Part shown: piece by piece, positions 38,444-46,688 of the stretch | How the letters are laid out: every line of letters starts with the position of its first letter | Numbering within the stretch: the first letter of the stretch is position 1 | Virus record (IMG/VR): IMGVR_UViG_3300029305_003320 | Coordinates: 1 to 64,000 of that record | Strand: one strand, 5' to 3' | From: a virus | Taxonomy: Duplodnaviria > Caudoviricetes | DNA: 64,000 nucleotides | Position numbers and translations under genes: made by a program | The notes under the pieces: model-generated | Databases searched by the model: none | What the model saw: only the letters and a program-made list of their open reading frames with translations | Told to the model about the DNA's origin: nothing

Positions 38444-39267
38444 TGTTTTAATCCTTTTGATACTAAAATAGATATTCTACCTAGATCGGATGCCCACTGC
38501 TTATATGCATAAAATCCTTCCCTGCAGTCCATAACAGTTCTCTGAACTTTCATGAATTCGCCATCAGCAACGTCCGCTTTTGTGGCATATCCAAGTGTTT
38601 TATAGATTCCAAATGGACCTATAGATTTATCATCAGGGCCATTTCTAAAATCCAGTATCCCTGATTCGTATTTGCCATCTCCGAATACAACATTCACGAG
38701 ATATTCAAAACACTTTTCTAGTTTTTCCTTTGAGTATCCTAGTTGTTTAAGAGATCCGGATTTCCTAGTAGCCTTGGAAGAGTAACTCTCAGCAGATTTT
38801 ATATGATCTTCTAAAGATTTGCTGTATTTTAACTTCAAAAATTTATAGAAGCATTTTCCTACTTTTGTTGACAGCATATCTTCTTCATACCACTTATCGT
38901 CAACGGATTCTCTTGAGTTTTGAGCTGAAGCATAAGCTTTGAAGTCTGATACAGTTAGTTTGCTAAACTCCAGCACTAATGGCTGTACCTCTTTATTTAA
39001 GAGTTTTAAAAGCGGATCTAGAGTAGTTTCAAGAAAGTGTGTTACCTGATCTGCTGAAGGTATATCTCCGGAAGGTGTCATTTCTAATATTTTACCTACA
39101 GTGCTCTCAGACGCCGATTTAAGATCATTCGACATCTTAGAGTAATAGCTTTTAATAAAATCTGCTGTAGGATCTTTGGATTCCTTTTTTGTAAAAATGG
39201 ACTTTATTTTATCCAAAAGACCTTCCTCAGACATTTCAACAATAGGAGTGCCAAAATTTACTTTCAT
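38440..39267 (-). CDS. Inner-head-like protein with MKVNFG leader
   Basis: Start refined to 39267 (GAGGA RBS): MKVNFGTPIVEMSEEG-LLDKIKSIFTK. Confidence 0.65.
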   Translation of the reverse strand: MKVNFGTPIVEMSEEGLLDKIKSIFTKKESKDPTADFIKSYYSKMSNDLKSASESTVGKILEMTPSGDIPSADQVTHFLETTLDPLLKLLNKEVQPLVLEFSKLTVSDFKAYASAQNSRESVDDKWYEEDMLSTKVGKCFYKFLKLKYSKSLEDHIKSAESYSSKATRKSGSLKQLGYSKEKLEKCFEYLVNVVFGDGKYESGILDFRNGPDDKSIGPFGIYKTLGYATKADVADGEFMKVQRTVMDCREGFYAYKQWASDLGRISILVSKGLKQ

Positions 39268-39309
39268 TGTTAAATCCTCATTATGAAATTTCTCTGAGCA
39301 CAAAAAGAA

Positions 39310-39332
39310 GAGAGTGCCTGTTAGGCACTCTC
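39310..39332. terminator. Hairpin
   Basis: gagagtgcct-gtt-aggcactctc, preceded by caaaaag. Confidence 0.7.
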
Positions 39333-39336
39333 CAGG

Positions 39337-39855
39337 TTATTTCCCTTGTCCGACTGTTACGTTTGGTTTTACAAGACTTGGGGCGTTTATGTCATCCAGC
39401 CAAGCGAAGTACCTCTTGATACAGTCTCCAAGCTTTTTCTGTTTTTCTTCTATAGCTTTACGAGTCAGCCAGTAGATACCACCACACTTCTCAGTTTCAA
39501 CGTTCTTTGGCTCTCCGTTGAATTTAACAACTTTAAAGATGTGCACTTTGTCAGGGATGGTCTTTCCTTCAATTTCGTATTCCCTCTGGAACTGAAGTAT
39601 CTCCATAAAGTTCTCAATCTCAACGGCAAGCTCTTCTTTATTCTCGGCTATTAATGCCTCAGTAACAGCTTGGTCTGGCTTTACCTTGCCTATAGGGAAA
39701 GTTAGCTGCTCGTATTTCTTGTGCAGCATCACTAGATACTCGAGATCACTTTTATCTTCAGTATATCTGGTGAATATTGCAACCACAGATTCATGAGGTT
39801 TCTTATCTTCTTTGTTGATAAGTTTATTATCCTCTGTTCCAAAGTCAATTTTCAT
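39337..39855 (-). CDS. Nudix hydrolase (degenerate box) with MKIDFG leader
   Basis: HESVVAIF...YLVMLH...LTFPIGKVKPDQAVTEALIAENKEELAV, a Nudix box with variant residues; PKNVETEKC..IYW. Confidence 0.75.
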   Translation of the reverse strand: MKIDFGTEDNKLINKEDKKPHESVVAIFTRYTEDKSDLEYLVMLHKKYEQLTFPIGKVKPDQAVTEALIAENKEELAVEIENFMEILQFQREYEIEGKTIPDKVHIFKVVKFNGEPKNVETEKCGGIYWLTRKAIEEKQKKLGDCIKRYFAWLDDINAPSLVKPNVTVGQGK

Positions 39856-40874
39856 TTGTTCTCCTTGGATTTTTCTGGTTTACACGTCATTATCTTGGAT
39901 CCTTTACGGCAGAATGATTCGAACTCGACCATATCACATCCGTATTTTGGGTATCCGTTAAGTTCGAATACTTGAATGTCAGTTTTCTCCATGTTTGCCA
40001 TTGCTGTGCCAATCCACTTAATTAACTCATTTGGATTCTTGGTTTTCCAGTTGTTGTTCTTGAAAGGTCCCCAGGACCCTTCAAGCCATTTCCATTGGTC
40101 ATCAGTATCCCAATATATCAAGAACGTGTGCGTTGGGCAGTCCATAAACCCACCGTTCTTATCAACCATGAAGAATGTTCTAAACTGAATCCCCTTTGCC
40201 TTCTTGAGATACTCTCTGCTTATGGCGACAGTATCGTAGCAGTTTCCTATTCCTGACTTTATCGTCTCTTCTGGAGTAGCAAGTCTCCATTCCGAGTCGT
40301 AGTCCTGCCATCTAGTATTCTCATGTGACTCGTTCCATGGCTTGTTAGTTTTAGGGTCTCTTAGACCATATCGGATATTCTTGAATATATCCTTGATAGT
40401 CTCGACTTCCGTCTTTACGACTTCAAACTCTTTGTCCCACAAAGTACCTTCATATTCAGAGCCGTCAGGCTTCTTGGCTTTGAATGTGTGTTTGCCACCA
40501 ACAGAGGTGATCTTTATTTTTTGGAGATACTTAACCGTTACAGGACATGTTACCCAGACTTCACCTGTAAGCACTACATCTGGAACTTGATCTTTTGTAG
40601 GCTTAGTTATGTGTTTAAGCAAATTGTCCTTATCTTTATCTTGAAGGTCTATAGTGAAAACATAGATTTCAGTCCCTACGTAGTTCTTGCCTATGGCTCT
40701 AAGACAGTTTTTGATTGAACTACTAAAAGAGACTCTCGGAGTCTTTCCGTCCTCTATTCCCATCTTAACGTATTCGTTGTCAGGGACTCTAGGGAATAGT
40801 GTTGTACCATTGATATTCTTTCGAGATATGTGGTACAACTTTGGGACATCTCTAGTCCCGAAGTTTACTTTCAT
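39852..40874 (-). CDS. ADP-ribosyltransferase-fold-like plus transglutaminase-like fusion with MKVNFG leader
   Basis: N-domain LYHIS...PRVSFSSSI...TGEVW (H-S-E pattern); C-domain GIGNCYD...PTHTFLIY...WKWLEGSW (C-H-E). Confidence 0.55.
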   Translation of the reverse strand: MKVNFGTRDVPKLYHISRKNINGTTLFPRVPDNEYVKMGIEDGKTPRVSFSSSIKNCLRAIGKNYVGTEIYVFTIDLQDKDKDNLLKHITKPTKDQVPDVVLTGEVWVTCPVTVKYLQKIKITSVGGKHTFKAKKPDGSEYEGTLWDKEFEVVKTEVETIKDIFKNIRYGLRDPKTNKPWNESHENTRWQDYDSEWRLATPEETIKSGIGNCYDTVAISREYLKKAKGIQFRTFFMVDKNGGFMDCPTHTFLIYWDTDDQWKWLEGSWGPFKNNNWKTKNPNELIKWIGTAMANMEKTDIQVFELNGYPKYGCDMVEFESFCRKGSKIMTCKPEKSKENK

Positions 40875-40922
40875 GGTTAAATCTCTCTTTCATTGCTGTA
40901 ATAAATAGACATACCATCGTTG

Positions 40923-40954
40923 GTCCATCTACCGGATTACACCGGTAGATGGAC
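40923..40954. terminator. Hairpin
   Basis: gtccatctaccgg-attaca-ccggtagatggac. Confidence 0.75.
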
Positions 40955-40964
40955 TTTATAGACG

Positions 40965-41420
40965 TTATTTGTCTTTCTTCTCTTTTTCTTCGAGTTCTTT
41001 TATTCTAGCATTCAACTCATCGAACCCCTTCTTGGACAGAGGCTCTCCAGTGTCTGGGTCCATTTGAATGGCGCTGTCATCGCAGAATCCGATCATGAAG
41101 CAATCCTTCTCAGACGTGACTTCTAGTTCGACACCTATGTGCTTCTTACACCATTTCTTAATGACATTGGCCATGTCTTCATAAGAAACATTATTGATAC
41201 TTCTAGACACATGGGACAGTCTTGCAGTGAATACTTTAACTACTATGCCCTTTGCAAGCCACCCTTTAACTCGTTCTACCATTTTCGGAATAGGATCTCC
41301 TATTACGTCCCATCCTTTAAATGTATCATAACTTGCAAGAGTTCTATCTAAGTCTACTCCTATCCAGGGGGGATAATTAGGTTTCTCTTCCTTGGACTCT
41401 ACTCCAAAATTAATCTTCAT
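40965..41420 (-). CDS. HAD-superfamily phosphatase (polynucleotide kinase 3'-phosphatase-like) with MKINFG leader
   Basis: WIGVDLDRTL (DxD), VKVFTAR, EKD..M..FCDDSA. Confidence 0.75.
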   Translation of the reverse strand: MKINFGVESKEEKPNYPPWIGVDLDRTLASYDTFKGWDVIGDPIPKMVERVKGWLAKGIVVKVFTARLSHVSRSINNVSYEDMANVIKKWCKKHIGVELEVTSEKDCFMIGFCDDSAIQMDPDTGEPLSKKGFDELNARIKELEEKEKKDK

Positions 41421-41503
41421 TAAAACCTCCTTATGGAATGGTTATAATCGAAAAAAAAGAAACCGCCACAAAGGCGGTCTCTCGTGTGGTTCCGATGCAA
41501 TTA

Positions 41504-41830
41504 TTACACCGAAATAGGATGGTCGAAGTCCCACGTCTTTTCACCCCGCGGATACCATGGACTGTCGAGTCCGCGGCGCATCGCTATCACGTATTCACAT
41601 ACCTTGCTCCCATCATTGAAGACCTCGAGACGTGTATCGTACGAGTCCGACAAGTACGATACCTTCGTTACATCTGCAATTGACGAGAGAACGTTTTCCA
41701 TGCTACGTATAGCAACTTGGCCCCTCCATAGCCCATCTGTGTGTCTCAGGGCATCTGAAGTGATCGTCCCGTCAGATACGGGCTGCTGGGTATAGACCTT
41801 CCCATTTACCAGTCTGAGAACGCTTACCAT
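41504..41830 (-). CDS. Hypothetical early protein
   Basis: 108 aa, AAAGGA RBS, promoter variant TATATCAC at 41883-41890. Confidence 0.7.
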   Translation of the reverse strand: MVSVLRLVNGKVYTQQPVSDGTITSDALRHTDGLWRGQVAIRSMENVLSSIADVTKVSYLSDSYDTRLEVFNDGSKVCEYVIAMRRGLDSPWYPRGEKTWDFDHPISV

Positions 41831-41908
41831 GATTAATTTCCTTTCTTTGGTTAGAGTTGTTGATACTGGTTTAACTATTTTAGTGATATATATTCATAAA
41901 AATATGAT

Positions 41909-41940
41909 CTACACATGGTGGCACATGCCACCATGTGTAG
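41909..41940. terminator. Long perfect hairpin
   Basis: ctacacatggtggc-acat-gccaccatgtgtag. Confidence 0.75.
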
Positions 41941-41946
41941 TCTGTT

Positions 41947-42540
41947 TCACTTCTGCTGGGTTTTCCATTCCAGGTAGTTGTCATGCAGTACGTTCTTATG
42001 GACATGGTTATACAGGTCCATTGACACTCCTAGATTTGCATAGTCACCAAGCGGAGGAATGCGAAGCGTCTTGACCCAATATTCTCGATTGAAGAAATTT
42101 TCAACCACATCAGGCCGCTCAGCTTTTAGACGATCTGCAAATGCACTTGCCTGTGCAGCATACACAGTTCGTAGATTAGGATCATCTACCAGATGAATAG
42201 TCTGTAAAACCTTTCCATCCAGTAAGAACTTGCTGTCTTCGACAAGCTCTTCATCGGGGTTTCCACCTTGATCTGGAACAGCAATACCTGCGCATGTCCA
42301 TCCGTAGAATCCGTCGAGATCATCCTCTTTACCGTATACCAATCCGCAATTTCCTTTGAAGAAATTTTCTGACTGGTTCCTCCATGTGTCTAGACATAGC
42401 CATAGGTTGAAGTCTTTGAACGGAATTTCATCTTCCTTCTTTAGCATGACATATACGCAAACACGGACGTTTATTGCGTCATGGCTACATACTATTAAGT
42501 CGGATAACTCTAGTGGAGGTTTGGAAACTTTAATTTCCAT
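41947..42540 (-). CDS. Hypothetical protein
   Basis: 197 aa, AAGGAG RBS. Confidence 0.75.
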   Translation of the reverse strand: MEIKVSKPPLELSDLIVCSHDAINVRVCVYVMLKKEDEIPFKDFNLWLCLDTWRNQSENFFKGNCGLVYGKEDDLDGFYGWTCAGIAVPDQGGNPDEELVEDSKFLLDGKVLQTIHLVDDPNLRTVYAAQASAFADRLKAERPDVVENFFNREYWVKTLRIPPLGDYANLGVSMDLYNHVHKNVLHDNYLEWKTQQK

Positions 42541-42551
42541 GGCAGTGCTCC

Positions 42552-43067
42552 TTATAGTTCAGCCCATCTGACGAAGATACTTCGAGACTTCCTGGTGTCA
42601 CCAGGCCTCCTTTCATCGTCAAATATAGGCTTCTCTCTGAACAGAGGTACATAGATGGTCGACCACTTGCGGGCAAGCTCTTTGGACTCTTCAGTGTACT
42701 GAAGTTCATCTAGTTTGCTTAACCACTTGTTTCGGCTCTCTATGATCGCGGCTAGAGTAGATACCCTTCCGCGCGTGGCGACTATGCGAACAATGACATT
42801 CTCTTCATCATCGAAGTCTTCATTGACGCGCTTGTCGATGCCAGTGAATATGCGATGCCAGAGATCGACATTGCTTTCCAACTCAGGCTCTTTTTTAAGG
42901 GACACTATGTTCCACTCTACTTGAAGAGTATGCTTGTCCCACCTATAGTCGTTACTGGCGAATTCCGTCTTGCACCCTGGAAGCGAGCGACATATGTCGC
43001 GCGCAGGAGGGCACTCAATGAATCTTTCCGGGTTGTCACCTGGAAGTATGTTGAATACATGTATCAT
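42552..43067 (-). CDS. Hypothetical protein
   Basis: 171 aa, AAAGGA RBS. Confidence 0.7.
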   Translation of the reverse strand: MIHVFNILPGDNPERFIECPPARDICRSLPGCKTEFASNDYRWDKHTLQVEWNIVSLKKEPELESNVDLWHRIFTGIDKRVNEDFDDEENVIVRIVATRGRVSTLAAIIESRNKWLSKLDELQYTEESKELARKWSTIYVPLFREKPIFDDERRPGDTRKSRSIFVRWAEL

Positions 43068-43082
43068 ATGAATCCTTTCCTT

Positions 43083-43358
43083 TTAGTCGAACGGATCAAG
43101 ACTGCGTTCCATCTCATCGAACGATTTGATGGAAGGTCTATGTGATTTCCTCTTGGTTGAATTGAGCTTTCCGCTTGTTTGTTTTCTGTAAGGCACAAAC
43201 GGATCGCTGCTCTGGTTTCTTGGAGTGAACACGTCAGTTTGATATCGAGCATTGAATTTTTCAATCTGCGACTTTTTCTTGGGGAGACTCGACTTGTGTT
43301 CCTCTTTAGGCTGTTCTGTAGAGTTGGATCCCGTTAAACGTTTTAAGAATCCCCACAT
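43083..43358 (-). CDS. Small hypothetical protein
   Basis: 91 aa, AAAAGGA RBS. Confidence 0.65.
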   Translation of the reverse strand: MWGFLKRLTGSNSTEQPKEEHKSSLPKKKSQIEKFNARYQTDVFTPRNQSSDPFVPYRKQTSGKLNSTKRKSHRPSIKSFDEMERSLDPFD

Positions 43359-43392
43359 AACTGTTCCTTTTTTTGGTGTTAATGAAAGTCAA

Positions 43393-43419
43393 GTAGTCCC
43401 TAGAAGTTCTAGGGACTAC
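43393..43419. terminator. Hairpin
   Basis: gtagtccctaga-agt-tctagggactac. Confidence 0.7.
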
Positions 43420-43426
43420 CTAACGG

Positions 43427-43570
43427 TTAGTAAAGGTAGACTGTATCATCGACTACCCTTCCGACAGCTGTCCCATCTACGACAAGCTCGGAATTGCGAT
43501 CGTCGCCTATGACGTGCGCTTTCATTCCGGCCTTCTCGAGACGTTCAAGCATGATGTCTAGTCCGATCAT
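43427..43570 (-). CDS. 47-aa early microprotein
   Basis: AAGGAG RBS; MIGLDIMLERLEKAGMKAHVIGDDRNSELVVDGTAVGRVVDDTVYLY; own TATATTAC at 43611; not in the ORF track. Confidence 0.7.
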   Translation of the reverse strand: MIGLDIMLERLEKAGMKAHVIGDDRNSELVVDGTAVGRVVDDTVYLY

Positions 43571-43610
43571 GGATGAATCTCCTTGTTTAGTGTTTGGTTT
43601 ATCCATGAGA

Positions 43611-43618
43611 GTAATATA
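43611..43618 (-). promoter_or_regulatory. Early promoter motif TATATTAC
   Basis: gtaatata on + strand. Confidence 0.65.
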
Positions 43619-43649
43619 TACCTAAATAAAGGAACAAAAAGATGACTTA

Positions 43650-43676
43650 CGCAGGTGGGCATTATGCCCACCTGCG
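43650..43676. terminator. Hairpin
   Basis: cgcaggtgggca-tta-tgcccacctgcg. Confidence 0.75.
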
Positions 43677-43686
43677 CAGTATCACC

Positions 43687-44367
43687 TTAGTGCCAGAAGT
43701 TACCGAGATTTCTTGGTTGCTCTACTCGTTTCCACCGAGCCATCGTGCGATTGGCTTCGAGCTTCTCGAGATAGCTTGCAACCCTCCATCCGGTAAAGAT
43801 CTCGAATGATGGCATGTGCCGCATGAGATCACTGGCTTGAGTCACCAATCCCTTGTACATCCTGCGGATATGGTTTACCGCAGTTGGCATGGTCTTAGGA
43901 CTTGGAAATACGCAGCAGGCACAGCCTGATGCGCTCTCCGTTAGGAACTCTACAAGATCGACGACACCTTTGTGGGTTATCACCTGCTTATGTGCCTCAA
44001 GTTTCCCTGTGGCCACAGCCCGTGAGATGATTCCTCCGGTTATGATACCATATGCTTCGCGAAGTGCATCTTCGAAGATTATCTTACTCACGTCCTCACG
44101 CTTAGTGAGTGCTTTACGAAGAACATCAAGGAGAATAGGTTTCTCCTCAAAATCCTCCCAGCTCTCAATAAGCGAGATTCCAGCTTTCAAATCATCTTCA
44201 AACATGATAGGATTAGCCTTACGCTCCTGCAGAAGCATACCCATATCGACCCAGCGGCTGCCGCCGTTGTAGTCGATCTTCATGATTCCAAGAGGAACTT
44301 CCCAGAGACTGCCAGAGTCGCCCTGAATAGTCGCCTTTCTGTTCCTAAAGTCGAACTTCCTGATCAT
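43687..44367 (-). CDS. Hypothetical early protein
   Basis: 226 aa, AAAGGA RBS, TATATTAC at 44400. Confidence 0.75.
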   Translation of the reverse strand: MIRKFDFRNRKATIQGDSGSLWEVPLGIMKIDYNGGSRWVDMGMLLQERKANPIMFEDDLKAGISLIESWEDFEEKPILLDVLRKALTKREDVSKIIFEDALREAYGIITGGIISRAVATGKLEAHKQVITHKGVVDLVEFLTESASGCACCVFPSPKTMPTAVNHIRRMYKGLVTQASDLMRHMPSFEIFTGWRVASYLEKLEANRTMARWKRVEQPRNLGNFWH

Positions 44368-44399
44368 CTTAGGTCCTTTCTTGTTTGGTTACTATTTTT

Positions 44400-44407
44400 G
44401 TAATATA
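44400..44407 (-). promoter_or_regulatory. Early promoter motif TATATTAC
   Basis: gtaatata on + strand. Confidence 0.65.
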
Positions 44408-44431
44408 TAAACAAAAAGAAATGAAGTACAT

Positions 44432-44461
44432 CCAACTAACTCCTAATTAGGAGTTAGTTGG
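44432..44461. terminator. 30-bp perfect palindrome overlapping a stop codon
   Basis: ccaactaactcctaa-ttaggagttagttgg. Confidence 0.7.
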
Positions 44462-44893
44462 TGTATCAAATAAACCTTTGACCATTAAGGAATAATGTAC
44501 AACGATTCGATGCCATGTGTTGGGTGAGTAAGCTGGGCCATACTGTGTCTGTGTTATGGTCTTTGCAAAAGTTTCGATGTAATAAGACTGGACTGGTTTA
44601 GCTGCAGTCACTTTATTTCCGAACACAGAAATCGGTTTGATATCGATATGTATACACTCTGCAGGTACATCAAACTTAACATCCAGTGTAATCTCGCCTT
44701 TTACCTCGCCAAGAACCTTATCGATCTTTAGATCTTGATATACTCTTTTAGTGACAGTTCTTTCAGGAAAGAGTTTTGACATGCATTGGTTGGCAATGCA
44801 TGTTACGTCGAATTCACATACCGGCGTGTCTCTAAGCTGATTCTTCAACCAGTTCCAAAAAGGAAATGCTAATTTCAGTTTATTCTTTGCCAT
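44447..44893 (-). CDS. Hypothetical protein
   Basis: Start refined to MAKNKLKL (GGAGG RBS). Confidence 0.7.
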   Translation of the reverse strand: MAKNKLKLAFPFWNWLKNQLRDTPVCEFDVTCIANQCMSKLFPERTVTKRVYQDLKIDKVLGEVKGEITLDVKFDVPAECIHIDIKPISVFGNKVTAAKPVQSYYIETFAKTITQTQYGPAYSPNTWHRIVVHYSLMVKGLFDTPTNS

Positions 44894-44947
44894 CTTTAAT
44901 CCTCCAATGAGAACATACAACATCCAGAAAATGTAAAAAGTAAAGTA

Positions 44948-44977
44948 GATCAGGTTGGCCATACAGCCAACCTGATC
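44948..44977. terminator. Hairpin
   Basis: gatcaggttggc-cataca-gccaacctgatc. Confidence 0.7.
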
Positions 44978-44989
44978 GCAATTCCAGTT

Positions 44990-45511
44990 TCAATCTGCAT
45001 TTACAAGGTAGAACATGGAAGTGTTAACGTTTTTAGAATTGACCGTTGAATCTATGTGATATCTACAGGCTACCTTGTTATTGGCAGTCTGAAATAGTCC
45101 CATGTCTTCATCAGTCTGGTACATTACACAGTATAGCTTTACTGTGTTCTTTCCTTTGCTGAGTTTCCCAATATACCTGCTAAGCAGAATGGGTACTTCT
45201 CCTTCTGTCCCCGTTGCCCGGATAGCTTTCATTCCCGATATAGATTCAAGAGTGAGTTGTATCCAAGCGTCTATTTCCTTGTCTACAACGACAGATAAAG
45301 TTGCACGTATTCTTTTAAGTGATTTGATTGCAGACACTTCTCGCGATGTATCTCCAACTTTCACCTTGGCACTTATGACCTTATTGGCCAAGCAGTCTCC
45401 ATATGAAGCGTGAATATAACTCAGTATTTTCACACGAAGATTGCATATTTCAGCACCGATATTGGATATGAAACCCAATATCGGGTGTTTCAGTTTTATT
45501 GTGCAACTCAT
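44990..45511 (-). CDS. Hypothetical protein
   Basis: 173 aa ORF abutting the upstream gene. Confidence 0.7.
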   Translation of the reverse strand: MSCTIKLKHPILGFISNIGAEICNLRVKILSYIHASYGDCLANKVISAKVKVGDTSREVSAIKSLKRIRATLSVVVDKEIDAWIQLTLESISGMKAIRATGTEGEVPILLSRYIGKLSKGKNTVKLYCVMYQTDEDMGLFQTANNKVACRYHIDSTVNSKNVNTSMFYLVNAD

Positions 45512-45940
45512 TTATTTCTCCCAGTAACGTTTGACGTACCCGGGTCGGTCTTTCTCTTCTCTAGGATCCTCAAACCCTGGAGCAGGTTTCCATCCTGGAG
45601 GGAATAGTGTAAACTTCTTCTCTGCAACTACAGGTGCCGCTATCGGTGGCTCTTTGTAACCAACCTCAAGCTTCTCTGCAATGTCCTTGCGAAGAAGCAT
45701 GATCACGCGAGGCAGTGGTCCCCACGGAGTACTGACATCTGACCCAAATCCTATGGACTGATAACGAGCTGTTTTGAACGGCTCATCTGCATAGTCTAGC
45801 TCTCCGGGCCAGATGCTTTCAATTGGAGTTCTGGAGATATTGTAAATAGGCTTGGGATCTTCTTTTTCAAGATCATGACCCATAGCCTTTACCATGTCGT
45901 ACATCTCTCCAACGGTTTTGAATTTGTATTGTTTAATCAT
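45512..45940 (-). CDS. Hypothetical protein
   Basis: 142 aa, GGAGG RBS, overlaps the upstream stop. Confidence 0.7.
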   Translation of the reverse strand: MIKQYKFKTVGEMYDMVKAMGHDLEKEDPKPIYNISRTPIESIWPGELDYADEPFKTARYQSIGFGSDVSTPWGPLPRVIMLLRKDIAEKLEVGYKEPPIAAPVVAEKKFTLFPPGWKPAPGFEDPREEKDRPGYVKRYWEK

Positions 45941-46229
45941 TTGGAAGTGCCTCCAACCAAGTTGCTGTTACGTCGTGATTGTAAATCATCTTAGAACGCA
46001 TGGCTAGCTCTAGAGCCGGTGATGCTTCAAGGTAGTCGAATTCACCTATCTCGAGTTGTTTTCCTTCAGCTGTAAACAGCACCCACAGTTTCCCGTAGAC
46101 GTGTTTAGCTTTATAGCCATTAGCGTAGATGATCTCAATCGGTTGAGTGGGAGTAAGAGTTCCTGTTATGTCTTTAATAATGAGAGAAGCTGCTTCGTCA
46201 GCTCTCTCAAGATTACTGGCATTAAGCAA
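45933..46229 (-). CDS. Hypothetical protein
   Basis: 98 aa, AAGGA/GGGT upstream. Confidence 0.65.
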   Translation of the reverse strand: MLNASNLERADEAASLIIKDITGTLTPTQPIEIIYANGYKAKHVYGKLWVLFTAEGKQLEIGEFDYLEASPALELAMRSKMIYNHDVTATWLEALPND

Positions 46230-46250
46230 GAACGACCCTATCCTTGTTAG

Positions 46251-46688
46251 TTACTTGCCACATTGTTCTTTCTCCGGTTGTATCCGAACGGTTGTTGTCA
46301 TTGTCTTGACGTTTTCAACATATGCACACACCTCGAAGTCGCATCCGCATGGCTCTATACGTGTATAATCGACAGTGAATCGCGCGGTGTATCGTTGAAG
46401 CAGTTCTTCAGCCTGTACTTTGGCATTCATGCGATTCTCTATTTCAACCGCCATCATGCCAAGCATTCGCTTATCGTACTGCCCTTTGAGACGATCATTC
46501 ATCACGTCAAACGCTTCTTTGCACGCAGCATCTTCGTGAATCTTAGCGTCATAATTAGGCTCTTTCCACTCCTTATCGGAAAATTCTATGAATACCTCTT
46601 TGGCTGTAGGAGCCACTTTACGACACATCTTCAGAAGTTCTTTCTGTAGCGGAGTATAATACTCCGGTATGTCATCATCGTTTGACAT
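46251..46688 (-). CDS. Hypothetical protein
   Basis: 145 aa, AAGGA RBS. Confidence 0.7.
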   Translation of the reverse strand: MSNDDDIPEYYTPLQKELLKMCRKVAPTAKEVFIEFSDKEWKEPNYDAKIHEDAACKEAFDVMNDRLKGQYDKRMLGMMAVEIENRMNAKVQAEELLQRYTARFTVDYTRIEPCGCDFEVCAYVENVKTMTTTVRIQPEKEQCGK

